Positions 35,161 through 47,834 of a stretch of DNA of 64,000 nucleotides are shown here, in pieces. The stretch is from positions 248,001 through 312,000 of the forward strand of contig JASTWF010000363.1 of assembly GCA_030390025.1 (NCBI GenBank), given 5' to 3'. This stretch comes from Squalus acanthias (lineage: Eukaryota). The position numbers and the translations under genes were made by a program. Below the pieces are notes generated by a model. It saw only the letters and a program-made list of their open reading frames with translations. It made no database searches and had not been told where the DNA came from. Within the stretch, counting starts at the first letter, position 1, and each line of letters starts with the position of its first letter.

Positions 35161-36174
35161 ATTGGAGGATCAGCCATGATCTCATTAAATGGCGGAGCAG
35201 GCTCGAAGGGCCGGATGGCCTACTCCTGCTCCTATCTTCTATGTATCTATCTATGTATGTAACAACACAATAAAAATGACTACTAATTCCAACAGTACAC
35301 AATTACTATATTCACTCTTCATCTAGAGCAAACACAATGAAAACATGACATAACCAACAGAACTTACAGATATGAATCTATTCACCCTGGTGCTTACCCT
35401 TAGACGCTATCCTATAAGTGCTCTTGCCTACTCTGGTGCTTCTACAAAGTGCAACCCGAGTGGCAGCAACATGTGAGGTGGATGGCTGCTGAGATTCTGA
35501 AGAGGGCAGTTCAGAAGTCCTCCTGTGGAGCATGCAGCAAGTCACCAGCAAATCAGGAGCCCCCCTCGCCTTTCTGTCCCTCTCTCCTCCAGCAGCTGGT
35601 GCTGCTCTACCTGGCCTCATCTCCTCCTCCCATTCCTTCTCCAGACCAAGGTGGACCCCTAGCAAGATTTCTATGACCAAGCACTTCCTTTATCCTGGTG
35701 ACTCCTATAAGGTCTCCAAACAGTAGCACAGCACTCACTCGCTTTAGGTGAAGTCCTCAGAGAATTTGCAAAATAAATGTTGATAGTGTTGAATTCTTGA
35801 CAAAGTGCCCCAGAAAGTTTCCTGATATGTATCAAACGTCCTCTTCAAACGCAGTGTACTCTTTTGGTGCGCACTATAAACAAATAAACTGTAACTAAAA
35901 ACCATTAAAGAAAACTTAACTTAAATTAAAATTTGGTTGGCCGTTAAATGCAGTGTAGTCAGTCAATCTCCAGTAGCAAGTGAACAGTGAAAGCTGAGCA
36001 CAGCTGTAAGTAGCGCTCGCAATCCTCACCAATGACTTCTTTACTCCTGTTCAGCTGGTTGCTGTTAGGAGTGCTCGTTAATTGCAGCGCTGGCCAGCAA
36101 AATAGCATGCAGACTCTTTAATGAGCGCTAGGGGGCACTTTAATTGGTCATCAAAGCCTTAATGATCCTCGGGG

Positions 36175-37333
36175 AACACACGCAGGCGCGCACTTAGACA
36201 AATGATACGCACGCACGCACTCATACATACATATTGGGCAACACGGTGGCATAGTGGTTAGCACTGTTGCCTCACAGCGCCAGGGACCCAGGGTTCGAAT
36301 CCGGCCTCGGGTGACTGTCTGTGTGGAGTTTGCACATTCTCCCCGTGTCTGCGTGGGTTTCCTCCAGGTGCTCCGGTTTCCTCCCACAGTCCAAAGATGT
36401 GCGGGTTAGGTTGATTTGGCTATGATAAAATTGACCCTTAGTGTTAGGGGGATTAAATACGGGGATAGGGTGGGATATGTGTCGGTGCAGGCTCGATGGG
36501 CCGAAATGGCCTCTATCTGCACTGTGGGGATTCTGTGATTCTGTGATATTGGAACTTACGCTCGATCGAACGAACAAATGAATGATCGAATGAACAATGC
36601 CAGTAGGACTGGTGTAAAACAGGTTTTCTTGGTTTATTGGAATAAATGTTATCTGTAGCATTTAATTGGATTATGATGGTGCTATGTGTTTGTACACTGG
36701 TGTTGAAATGGTTTGTTTTATGAGGAGTTAACTTTGAGATTTATTATTTTAAATCTAAAAAGTTGTGTGGAATTGCTTAAGGGTATTTGTACTGTAAACA
36801 TTATTGATTATTTGTAAAAGTAATCATTGCATTTATATTAATTATAAGGCTGTTTTTAAGGCTTTATTTTTTTACTGTGATGGATGAATGTAATGGATTT
36901 ACTATGTAATGGATTTACTATGTAATTGATGAGTTGTACAGATATTACTGTTTTTGAATAAAATAGTTGAGGCGGGAAAAAAAAACGGGTTTTTTCTTGG
37001 TTTATTGGAATAAATGTTATCTGTAGCATTTAATTGGATTATGATGGTGCTATGTGTTTGTACACTGTGGTGTTGAAATGGTTTTCGTTTTATGTGGAGT
37101 TAACTTTGAGATTTATTATTTTAAATCTAAAAAGTTGTGTGGTACTGTTTAAGGGTATTTGTACTGTAAACATTATTGATTATTTGTAAAATTAATCATT
37201 GCATTAACTATAAGGCTGTTTTTAAGGCTTTATTTGTTACTGTGATGGATGAATGTAATGGATTTACTATGTAATTGATGAGTTGTATAGGTATTATTGT
37301 ATTTGAATAAAAATATTTAAACCGTCAAAAAAA
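36175..37333 (+). mobile_element. Poly(A)-tailed retroposed insertion (L1/Tx1-like 3' UTR, two tandem units)
   Basis: 14-bp TSD AATGATCCTCGGGG at 36161-36174 and 37334-37347; AATAAA plus A-tail at the end of each unit. Confidence 0.8.
36238..36545 (+). mobile_element. HE1-like V-SINE
   Basis: tRNA-like head (GGTGGCATAGTGG, GGTTCGAATCC), V-domain TGTGTGGAGTTTGCACATTCTCCCCGTGTCTGCGTGGGTTTCCTCC, CR1-like tail, TSD ATATTGG. Confidence 0.9.
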
Positions 37334-37926
37334 AATGATCCTCGGGGTGGCCGTTCCTAGCGTGCGCTTCAACTCCTTTACCAAGATGGTGTCTTAAGGT
37401 AAACGCAGGCTAACCAGGTGTTGCAGCCCAAGACCCCAGCTTGGCCACCTCGGAGACTCTTTAGCACCTAAAGTTTCCGGGGATAATCGCCCCTGGTATA
37501 ACTTGTGCCACGACCTCCCTTGTGAAATGTAGACAATTTAAATGTTTAGACAAGTAACGCTCCTATGCATTTATCTGTTTATAAGTATATTAGCAGACCT
37601 CGCTTTAACCCTCAGACAAGGACTGTTGGAACACCTTGACCAGAAAACAGAAAGTTTTACCTTGTGAAATGGTTTCTGTATAAATCCTATACTGTTGATA
37701 CAAGTAATGTTTCCAAATATATTAAAAAGTTAACATTCTAATTTGAGTATCTCTTAGACATAGCTTGAGGGGAACCCATTGAAATATGGTAGCTCTATGC
37801 CTATCTAGGTACAGATTCTTGACGTTATTGGAGCATAGTTTCTAGAACCTCTAGCAATTGCTGTAGATCCCAATCCATTAACTTACAAATGCAAAAATCA
37901 CCTCTCATACTGAGTTGTGTATTGGA

Positions 37927-38200
37927 TTACATAGAATATACAACACAGTAACAGGCCATTCGGTCCAACCAGTCAATGCCGCCATTTATGCTCCGCTGGA
38001 GCCTCTTCCTATCTTTCCTCATCTAACTCCATCAGCATAACCTCTATTCCCTTCTCCTTCATATGCTTGTCTAGCCTCCCCTTAAATGCATCTATACTAT
38101 TTGCTTCAACCACTTCCTGTGGTAGCGAGTTCCACATTCTCACCACTCTCTAGGTAAAGAAGTTTCTTCTGAATTCCCCATTTGATTTCTTGGTGAAATC
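37927..38200 (-). mobile_element. CR1 3' end fragment
   Basis: Same subfamily as 955-1485. Confidence 0.8.
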
Positions 38201-39179
38201 GCAATTTCTTGGTATTGATACGGAGTTTGTCACTTGCAGATTTCTTTGTGATTATCCGTTTATTATTCCTGGATAACAGCATTTGAATCTATCGACAAGG
38301 TGCATTTAGGGCTACATTACACTTGCCGTTCCGTAATTCATACAAAAGTCATGGTCAAGTGTTAAGTACCAATCACAGTTGACCTCAACAGATAAAGTAT
38401 TCGTGGAAACTTATTCCTATGTTCAAGCCAGACTCATATTTTTAAAAAATCCTGTGTGATATCAGTGGAACAAAACTAGTTCTCATCAGGATCCTGGTAG
38501 GCACGGAAATTAAAAGATTGCTGTCATATCCGCACTTCCCAGGCAAAGAGGTAAAGAACTTCAACAGTCGCCAGAAGATGGGCGGCAGTGGCCCGAAGTG
38601 ATTTACTGACTGATCAACTGCTAAGCCCAAAGGAAAACACCTGTGCTCGACCCTCCTCCCAGGGCAGCCCTGTCGTGGTAAAGAACTCACTCACAGGGGT
38701 GAAACGGTGGGCTCATCCTGCTTTTCCATCGCACAATTGACAAATCAAAAATCTGCAGCACCGGCCTGCTTACACATTCCAATAACATTGCTGTAATCCC
38801 ATCTGATATGATTAATAATTTAACCTATGTCAGCTTCAGTGGAAATGAAGGTTTCAGAAAAAACTTCTAAATTGTGTGGCGTAAGAACTACACACACGAT
38901 AGGATTGTGACTGGTTAAAATTCAATTGCCATGTGCCACTCCACACTGTGTCCAAATAGTTATAATACAGTTTAGACTCTCCCAATCTATTGTGATTTTT
39001 ATCCAGATTTTTATTCAGCAAATATTAGCGGCTAGAAAATATGTATCTCCTTATGGTCCCATAATACAACCACCATTATGTACAGTATGTAGTGTGGGTT
39101 GTGATGATAAATGCCTCAAATGACATCGTATTTACGTTAACAACCTCCCACCCCCTTTGTGTTTAAATTCAATATAAGA

Positions 39180-39960
39180 GGATGTGACATTTTCACTCCG
39201 CCGTCCTGTCTCGCCAACCTCCCTCTCCCACTCCCTGTCACTCACTCCCGCGCGTGCGCTCGTTGTCTCCGGAAATTACCGAAGGTTGACAAACCCTTTT
39301 CTCCGGAAATTTCCGATCACGTCTTCGTAGTAGGTCAGAGTCACTGTTGCCATAGAGATCCTGGACCTCTATGGTTATTCTCCATCTTCATCCTTTACTC
39401 CTCCTTCTCCTCACTCGGTCGGATCTGACGTGTTTTTTTTATCTCTTACCTTTTCCACTCTTTAAGCAGGAGTAGATATCGACCGCTTCGACGGGCAGTC
39501 ACTGATCGAAACGAGCGATCCGTATCGAGGGCGATACGTGGCGGTTGTTTTTGTTTTCTGGAAGTACCGGTCAACGTGCGCTGGGGACGCCGTGCGCGAG
39601 CTGGATCGAGCGCGAGATCTGCGTGCGCGACTCCGAGCTCGAGAGTCTAAGCTCGAGTCCGAAACCCTCTCCGGAAGTGGTGGCGCGGGGGCCGCTGGGA
39701 GGCCCGGCTGTAGCCGCGCGGTGACGGTGGTGGATAATGGCGGAGGCAGCGGCATCCATGGGGACGGTGGCGGCAGGAGGAGGCGGTGGTGGAATTGGTT
39801 GGACTAAACAGGTTACATGCAGGTAAAAAAAAGATAATTTAATACAATGTCACACAGCTCTAGTACGCTCGCATGCAGTCAGCGACGCAACGATAAAAGG
39901 CCGGTTAGATGCGATCTGTTTAAACATAAAAACACACCGAGTGGCGACAATAATAGAGAA
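39180..39960 (+). promoter_or_regulatory. CpG-island promoter of MKRN1
   Basis: High CpG density; NRF1-like GCGCGTGCGC (39250-39259), ETS CCGGAA(A/G)T at ~39269, ~39303 and 39671, CRE half-site TGACG at ~39426; no TATA box evident. Confidence 0.8.
39737..39822 (+). CDS. MKRN1: Makorin-1 (CCCH zinc finger / RING E3 ligase), coding exon 1
   Basis: MAEAAASMGTVAAGGGGGGIGWTKQVTC(R) matches the MKRN1 N-terminus (MAEAA...GGGWTKQVTCR); Kozak ATAATGG; phase-2 donor AG|GTAAAA. Confidence 0.93.
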
Positions 39961-40689
39961 AGCGAGTGCAACAGTTCCTAGTTGGACCAGGGCTCGCCTC
40001 CCCCATATGGGGCTTTTAGATGAGGCTTGTGACAGATAACGCTGCAGATTTTCGTTTGTAGAAGAAATTGTACCGATAGGTGTCGGTTAAACTCCCTCTT
40101 GATTTCGGCATTTTAAAGTGCTCGGAGTAACAGCTGAAGACAGAACACGATTTTATTAATATTTAAAGAATTGTATACTCCTTACTGTAATTTACTTTTT
40201 GAAGGGCTGTTTTTGTGGATTGTGAAGTGTTTCTGAAAGTTGGTAAGAAACTTTGAGGGAAAGGAAAAAATGTCTTTTGTTTTGACGTGACGTCATGTTG
40301 TCAACCAAAAACCGCAGTGAGTTGAAGTTTTCTCAATTTGTATAAGAGCTTAAATGCTTTAAAATTTATTGTACATGTACATTTTCAAATGTATTTAAGC
40401 AATTAATTACCAATATTTTGTATAATTTTCACGAAATAGTTGAATGAAATCTCGCCGTTTCTGTTTTACTGCAGATTCCACTGAGAGAAAATTAGTGACT
40501 GAACTTTGTTTTCTCATGCACCCCCGCCCAAAATGTAAACCTCTATTATTATAATTTTGTTTAGTATTATTATAGGTTATTCAGTTTAGATGCTGTAACT
40601 TTGTGCACTTGGAGTAACAATGAAGTATAGTGTATTAATCTTCTATTAATATTTTAGGTTTGGAGATAGAATTTGAACATCATCTTACA

Positions 40690-42410
40690 GGTAGAGTCGC
40701 AAAGGGACATTGATAGATTAAGTGAGTGGGCAAAACTGTGGCAGATGAAGTTTAATGTAGGAAAGTTTTTTTTATTAGTTTATGGGATGTGGGCGTCGCT
40801 GGCAAGGCCAGCATTTATTGCCCATCCCTAGTTGCCCTTGAGAAGGTGGTGGTGAGCCAGCTTCTTGAACCGCTGCAGTCCGTGTGGTGAAGGTACTCCC
40901 ACAGTGCTGTTAGGTAGGGAGTTCCAGGATTTTGACCCAGGGACGATGAAGGATCGGCAATATACTTCTAAGTCAGGATGGTGTGTGACTTGGAGGGGAA
41001 CTTGGAGGTGGTGGTGTTCCCATGCACCTGCTGCCCTTGTCCTTCTAGGTGGAAGAGGTCGTGGGTTTGGGAGGTGCTGCCGAAGAAGCCTTGGCGAGTT
41101 GCTGCAGTGCATCTTGTAGATGGTACACACTGCAGCCACGGTACGCCGGTGGTGGAGGGAGTGAATGTTTAAGGTGGTGGATGGGGTGCCAATCAAGCGG
41201 GCTGCTTTGTCCTGGATGGTGTCGAGCTTTTTGAGTGTTGTTGGAGCTGCACTCATCTAAGCAAGTGGAGAGTATTCCATCACACTCCTTACTTGTGCCT
41301 TGTAGATGGTGGAAAGGCTTTGGGGAGTTGGGAGGTGAGACACTCGCCGCCGAATACCTAGCCTCTGACCTGCTCTTGTTGCCACAGTATTTATGTGGCT
41401 GGTCCATTTAAGTTTCTGGTCAATGGTGACCCCCCAGGATGTTGATGGTAGGGGATTCGGCGATGGTAATTCCGTTGAATGTCAAGGGGTGGTGGTTAGA
41501 CTCTCGCTTGTTGGAGGTGGTCATTGCCTGGCACTTCTGTGACGCGAATGTTACCTGCCACTTATCAGCCCAAGTCTGAACGTCGTCCAGGTCTTGTTGC
41601 ATGCGGGCATGGACTGCTTCATTATCTCAGGAGTGTGAGGTGATCCAATTTAGATCTAAGAAAGATAGATTAGAGTATTTTCTGAATTGTGAGAAGCTAG
41701 TAACTGTGGATGAGCAGAGAGATTTAAGGGTCTAAGTACAGAGATTGCTAAAAGGTAGTGGACAGGTACAAAAAATAATTAAAAAGGATAATGGAATGTT
41801 GGCCTTTAGCTCGAGGGCTGGAATACAAAGGTGGAAGTTATGTTACCGCTGTACAGAGCTCTGTTTACACCTCTCTAGAGTACAGCATTCAATTTTGGAC
41901 ACCACACCTCAGGAAGGAGGGGGTGCAGTGCTGATTCAGCAGAATAATACCAGGCTAAAAGGGTTAAATTATGAGGACTGGTTGCATGGACTAGGCTTGT
42001 GTTCCCTTGACTATATAAAAGGTTAAGGGGTGATGTAGTTGAGGTGTTTAAGATGATTAAGGGAGTTGATAGGATAGATAGAGAGAAACCATTTCCTCTG
42101 CTGGGGGAGTCCAGAACAAGAGGGCATAACCTTAAAATTAGAGCTAGGCTGTTCAGGGGTGAGGTCAGAAAGCAATTCTTCACACAAATAGTAGTTGAAA
42201 TCTGGAACTCTTCCCCCAAAAAGCTGTTGATGCAAGGTCAATTTTAAATTTCAAAACTGAAATTGATAGCTTTTTGTTTGGCAAGGGTATTAAAGGGTTA
42301 TGGAACCAAGGCGGGTACATGGAGTTAAGATGCAGATCACCCATGGTCTAATTGAATAGCGGAACAAGCTCGAGGGGTTGAATGGCCTACTCCTGTGCCT
42401 GTGTTCATAA
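40690..42410 (+). mobile_element. CR1 3' part interrupted by a minus-strand Zenon-like LINE (40766-41633)
   Basis: DIDRLSEWAKLWQMKFNVGK resumes at ~41634; ORF 40828-41256 matches the 22710-24123 family. Confidence 0.85.
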
Positions 42411-44097
42411 AACTGGTGAGAAAATTTACAAAATTGAGTTTGGTGGCTTTGTATTCTCATTTTTTAAAGTTGGTTTGTAATGATGGAGCATATATTTTAA
42501 TAGCAAATTTGTTGTGAATAATGAAATGGGAGTTCTCCCTAGACCTGAATGATTTTCTGTCTGTTGTAATGTCATATTGCTTATTTTTTTAGCTCAGGCC
42601 TGACAATACAACTATCGTAAAATGTTGGAAGGGAAAACAAATCTAGATTAAACTTGGAAATAATTAATCATACATTGCTGTACTAAAGCGCATGCTTTAA
42701 AATGTATTTTACTTATCGATGTTGTCTCTGCAAAATATTTAGTTTTTCATAGAGATGACAGCATTTTTTTCAAAAAAAGAGTGATGTTGGTGTGGCGGGC
42801 ACCAACAGTACCTTTGCAAAATTGGCATTAGTATTGTTTGCATTTAAACTTTATATTTACACTAGATGTGTTCTTAACACGAGCTGTGGAATAAAGTTCA
42901 TACAGCCCATTCCTGATGTAAGGTTATCACTCAGTCGTGCCTTTGTCACTTGTGAGTTACCTGGTCAGCTGCACAAGGTGGTTCCTCATGTATAATTTGT
43001 GTGGATATTGTCATCCTATGTAGGCTTGACACATTGTTACAGATGCAAAACAATCTTAGAAATGGTCTATACATCTGAGCTGGAATCTGAACCTGACAAG
43101 TATTTTCCAAATTGCAAAGTTCCCTGACTCAACAATCTGAATAACCTGAAGCTCTGTTTACTTAACGGCCTTAAAAGGTTATAACTCTCTTTACTGGCAC
43201 AGTAATGTATTGTGTGTTACATTGTATAACTCAGAAAATCCAAAGATGAATCCAGATGAAGAAAGCTATCCAACCCATCTTAAGTTCATTCTTACAGGAA
43301 GACTCACAGTCCTCCCATCACAACATCTAGCTCCTAAAATGATTTCAGGGTTTCCTCCTCCACTGTCCTACTTGAAAGTTCTTTCTGTGTGTGTGTCTTC
43401 CTCAACATTAGTCCTAAATTTGTCTTTTATTAGTTCTAACCTGTGTCACCTTATACTACACTCAGTTAAATTTTCAGAATTTACCTTTTCCATACTTTTT
43501 ACTACCTCTGCAAGGTTACCTTTCAGTTGCTTCCTTTTTGAAGCTGAAAAGCCCAAGTTTCTGCAGTCGTTACTCATAATTCAGTCCCGCAGTTCTTGTC
43601 TGAACTGCCTTCAAGGCCTGAATGTCTCCCTTGTGTGTCACAGACGAGAAATGGGCATAGTGTTTGATCAGATCACTATATCATTTGAGCATGACTACCT
43701 TTAACTTGTACTGGTCTGTTTTGGCTTTATAATTCAGTATTCTATTTGCTTTGTTGATTACTTGTCCACAGTAGTTGGATATGCCATGTCAAATCTGTTA
43801 AGTCCACTGGATCTTTTTCACTTTCACCCTTTTGCTATTTCAACATCATTTATGGAGTACTTTTGTCGCCCATTTTTCTTCCTACATGCAGGATCCCTAT
43901 CCTTATAAAACATCTTTTTACCTGGCTTGCCATGAGCATTGTCACGGGAGATCCACGCATTCTAAACATCACACTCTTGAGATGAAACTGAACCACTTTC
44001 CAATCTGTAAAATCCCTTGATCAAACAGCAATTTAATTTGAATTCAGATCAGCCTCTGTTTATTTAACAGTTAGACTTTGTGATCTTAAAGGGACTT

Positions 44098-44460
44098 TCA
44101 AAATCATGAAGGTTCTAGACAGAGTAGATAGAGAGAAACTGTTCCCATTGGCGGAAGGGTCGAGAACCAGAGGACACAGATTTAAGGTGATTGGCAGAAG
44201 AACCAAAGGTGACGTGAGAAACTTTTTTATGCAACGAGTGGTTAGGATCTGGAATGCACTGCCCGAGAGGGTGGCGGCGGCAGATTCAATTGTGGCTTTC
44301 AAAAGGGAATTGAATAAGTACCTGAAGGGGAAAAAAAATTGCAGGGCTACAGTGCAAGAGTGGGGGAGTGGGACTAGCTGAAGTGCTCTTGCAGAGAGCC
44401 GGCATGGGCTTGACGGGCCGAATGGCCTCCTGTGCTGTAATCATTCAATGATTCTATGAC
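44098..44460 (+). mobile_element. CR1 3' end
   Basis: LDRVDREKLFPL...RVVRIWNALP plus 3' UTR. Confidence 0.88.
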
Positions 44461-44579
44461 TCCACTCCATTGTAGCAGAGGAATAATATGTAGTGCAATA
44501 CATAGTATAGCACCCCTATCCCTATAGTACAGCATAACATCCTCTGACTTAACATGAGCAATGGCTTAAGAGATGATAT

Positions 44580-45710
44580 ATCCACTTCAGCCTGGCTCAG
44601 TTGATAGCGTTGTTGGCTCTGAATCAGAATATTGTGGATTTAAGCCCCACTCCAGGACTTAAGTACATAAATAGGCTGACACTTCAGTGGAGTAAATAAT
44701 GAGGACATACTGCATTGACACATTAGCCCTATCTGCCTGTCCTGTTATTAAAGATTCCATGGCACTATCTAAAGGAGAGTAGATAGTTTTCCCAGTGCCC
44801 TGGTCAACATTACTGCTTCAACCAACACAAGTAAGAGCAGATTAATTGGTCATTCATCTTATTGACCTGGATTTTACGGTGCTTCCGACAGCGTACGCTT
44901 ACGCTGTCGGAAACCTTCAGAATGGCTTCGCAAGTTCCGGGTGTCCGCAGGTGGTGCGCATGCGTGAAAACCCGGAACTTGCGATTTGTCAAGTTTCGCT
45001 TGGACAGATCCACCGCATCCGCTACAAATTCATTTTCGTTGGCGCAGAGTTGGGCTATTTGCCCAACTACTGCCCAGCGAATGCCTACGAAACCCTTATG
45101 CCTGGTAAAAATAAATTTTTAAAAATGATTTAAACATGCACATACATTTAAAAGTAGTTTAGGTAAATTTTGACCTGTTTTAAAATGTTTACATTTATTT
45201 TTTGAAAAATAATTTTTTTTATTTTAAAAGCTTAATTAACGGGTCTTTTAATTAATTTTGAACATGTGATCATTTATTATTTAAGTGGTGTGAAATGTTA
45301 TTTATTTGGGGATTTCTATTATGCTTAAGGGGATTCCGTACGTAAATGTAATCCCCAGAAGCATCATAGGAATCCCCCTTTTTGATTGGTTGGCCTAGCC
45401 CACGTGATCCCAGGGATGCTTGCAAACCGCATGCGCCCCTGGGATCCATGGGCCTTTAAGCAGGCGTCTGCCTGCAGGCCCGGGACTGGAACAGTCCGGA
45501 GAACCAGGTAAGTTCGTATGATTTTTTTCAGTTCGGAGGCTTATGCCGGCGGCAAGCCTCCGACCGCAATTTCCAGGCCAATGTGTTTGTGGAACTTTCT
45601 GCAAAATGGCTTCCGTGATTACCCACAAGTAACTGCACAATGTAATTCATTCTGGTTGAACTGCTTCAGGACATTTGAGAGATTAAATTTGTTACATAAA
45701 TGTAATTTAA
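44580..45710 (+). mobile_element. Deu-SINE split by a Harbinger-like MITE (44864-45579)
   Basis: tRNA-like head and Deu core at 44580-44863, resuming at 45580; MITE TIRs GACCTGGATTTTACGGT / ACCGCAATTTCCAGGCC. Confidence 0.7.
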
Positions 45711-47396
45711 AAGTATTTCTTGTGCATCCATCCTTCCAAGTGCTATACTTCGCTACAGATGGAAAACAGTTTTCTGATCTGGAGTCTGAAGTTTACAAGA
45801 AATTTACTGATCTGTAATTGACCTGAGAAATTTACAAGCTGCTAATATTATCTGGCGTCTCTCAGAGGGTACTTGAGCAGCAGCCTTCAAAGCACCAGCC
45901 AGGTTAAGAGCTAATCATCACAACTGTTCTCCAGAAGCTCAGATGACCCGAGAATAACACTACAGCCAATTTACTGGTGTATTATAAACACATAAAATAT
46001 TCTTCCGGGGTAAATCACTCATCCCTTTCCAGCTTGAAAGTTTCTACTTACGGCTACTCTCCGTTTCTCACTTTTAACTATGCACAGTTACTAAGGGAAT
46101 AGGTGACGTGAATTTTTTTTTAAAACTAGTGTGGCATTCCTCATGGTAAGTCAAATGATGTACTGTTTTGTAAGGGAAGGAGTGTATTATTCTTCTGGTA
46201 AGGTGGTGTGGTCCCCTTTTAAGGTCCCAATTAAGTATACCGAGCCCCTGAGGTCATTCAGAGTTTAATTGTTTGGAGAGGCAACTATGCAAATGCTTGC
46301 AACACTCAAGTTCCAAGTTAGAATCATTGAACTTTCCTTGTTTCTTTTAAGGTTATTTTGTATCTGTAATCTTGATCCAAATTTGAATAAAATTTGCTAC
46401 TCTTTATATTCAGAGCTCAAAAGCAACTAGTCTTCATATATGATAAATAAGAGATGCAGCAGCTGAAACTATATTAATACAATACAAAATATAAAGACCT
46501 GCTCTGAGTCCTTCCATACTCACCAGCTGTCAGTTTTCATGTTGCACTTGATTGTATTTTGAGAGCATGAATTGGTATATAATATGTTTGAAGAGTTCAC
46601 CCGTTAACGTATATAAAACATCAAAATTAAAACTATTTTCCAGTTACTTTCACTGTCCTTTTCCTTTTTGGTAATTTTTCCATTATGAACAGGAAGCCCT
46701 GGCATGCTTTGTAAATAGCCATAAAATCAATAGTAAGCACTTCTAGGTATAGAACGTGTGCATTTTAGAAGTTATACCTGTCTAGCTTGAGTCTCTTCAG
46801 CTAACTTTGATGTCGGACAACCTGTATGTACCTGAGGCGCAGGCTGCTCCTTCAAATGCACAAGATGCTTTTGTTTAGGTAAGTTTAATAATTTTCTTGT
46901 AAGTTTTGGCATTTAAAAGTATGTTAAAAGCCTTATTTCTAGCAGCAAGTGCTCAGCTTAGTGGAGAACTCAAAGGAGATCAAAAGAATTTATATTTTTT
47001 TAAAAATCATGATTGGTTGGCTTTCACTTTTTTATTGATAGTTGTTGCTGACTACCCATTTTTGACTTGTAATTTTTTGGACTCCATGATTGGTAGCTTT
47101 CATTCTTGTTTGCTACTTTTTAATTTATATGTTCAGTTAATTTCATTAAACGGTAACAAATCAACTGCAAAATCTATAACTCAAAAGGTATGATCCCTGA
47201 TATATGTCTATCAGATCTCTCATGGCATTGGTCACAGTGGGTCAGAGGGTGCACTGTTTAGTCCTACCTAGTGACCATGAATATGGTTGCAGTTAGGCAG
47301 AATCATTGTGCCACCCACAGTGATGTGAAAATTAAGTTTAAAATAACTGACATTGTTTCAGCACCAGGCTGAAAACTGGCACTTTTAGTCCATATA

Positions 47397-47658
47397 CAGT
47401 AAACTCTTTCTTATCCGGCACCTATGGGACCAGGATGGTGCCGGTTGATGAAAAATTCTGGATAATAGAGAGGTATACCTACCAAGGCAATTTTTAACAC
47501 AAACAAAAATAAAAACCACTGACTAACTCGGCCACCGTGGGAGACTCGGACTCGGCAAAGCGAGTGCTGGATGGATTCGGCAAGATTACCAGTTATCTAT
47601 TTTGCCGGTTATTAAAGTATTCCGGATGATTAAGTGCCGTTTAAACAAGTGTTTACTA
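47397..47658. mobile_element. Tc1/mariner (pogo/Tigger-like) MITE
   Basis: TA|CAGTAAACTCT...AGTGTTTACTA|TA, with a TA target duplication. Confidence 0.7.
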
Positions 47659-47834
47659 TACTAGTAGATTTCCTGTGGTGCTGCTCATGGTGAGCAAGAG
47701 GATTTTCTGTTTTATAACAGTAAGGCTATTATGCCATGTAGAGCATAATATCAAGGTAAATGATTTACAGTGACTGCGTCAAATGGTTGACTTGGCATTT
47801 TCTAGTTCAGGTTCCTCCATAATCATTTGGGGTC

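Larger units (their letters stand above)
30217..37493. mobile_element. Harbinger-derived element with a spliced Myb/SANT-like gene remnant (exons ~30496-30726, ~30976-31117, ~31272-32070), disrupted by a CR1 and by a poly(A) insertion
   Basis: MAQGLRERAQRFSD..VLVEEVQRRRDVLYP..RTWLQCCNKFNDLTRVVK|GT, then AG|DKIAHN. Ends approximate. Confidence 0.7.

Noticed and set aside
36238..36310. tRNA-like sequence (also ~56552-56625)
   Set aside because: Heads of HE1-like SINEs, continuous with the V-domain; not tRNA genes.
1..39100. Exons of the expected upstream neighbour DENND2A
   Set aside because: No DENN-domain sequence recognised in the unique segments.
39462..39807. Overlapping GC-rich ORFs around the promoter
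   Set aside because: Typical CpG-island by-products; the real frame is ATG 39737 spliced at 39822.
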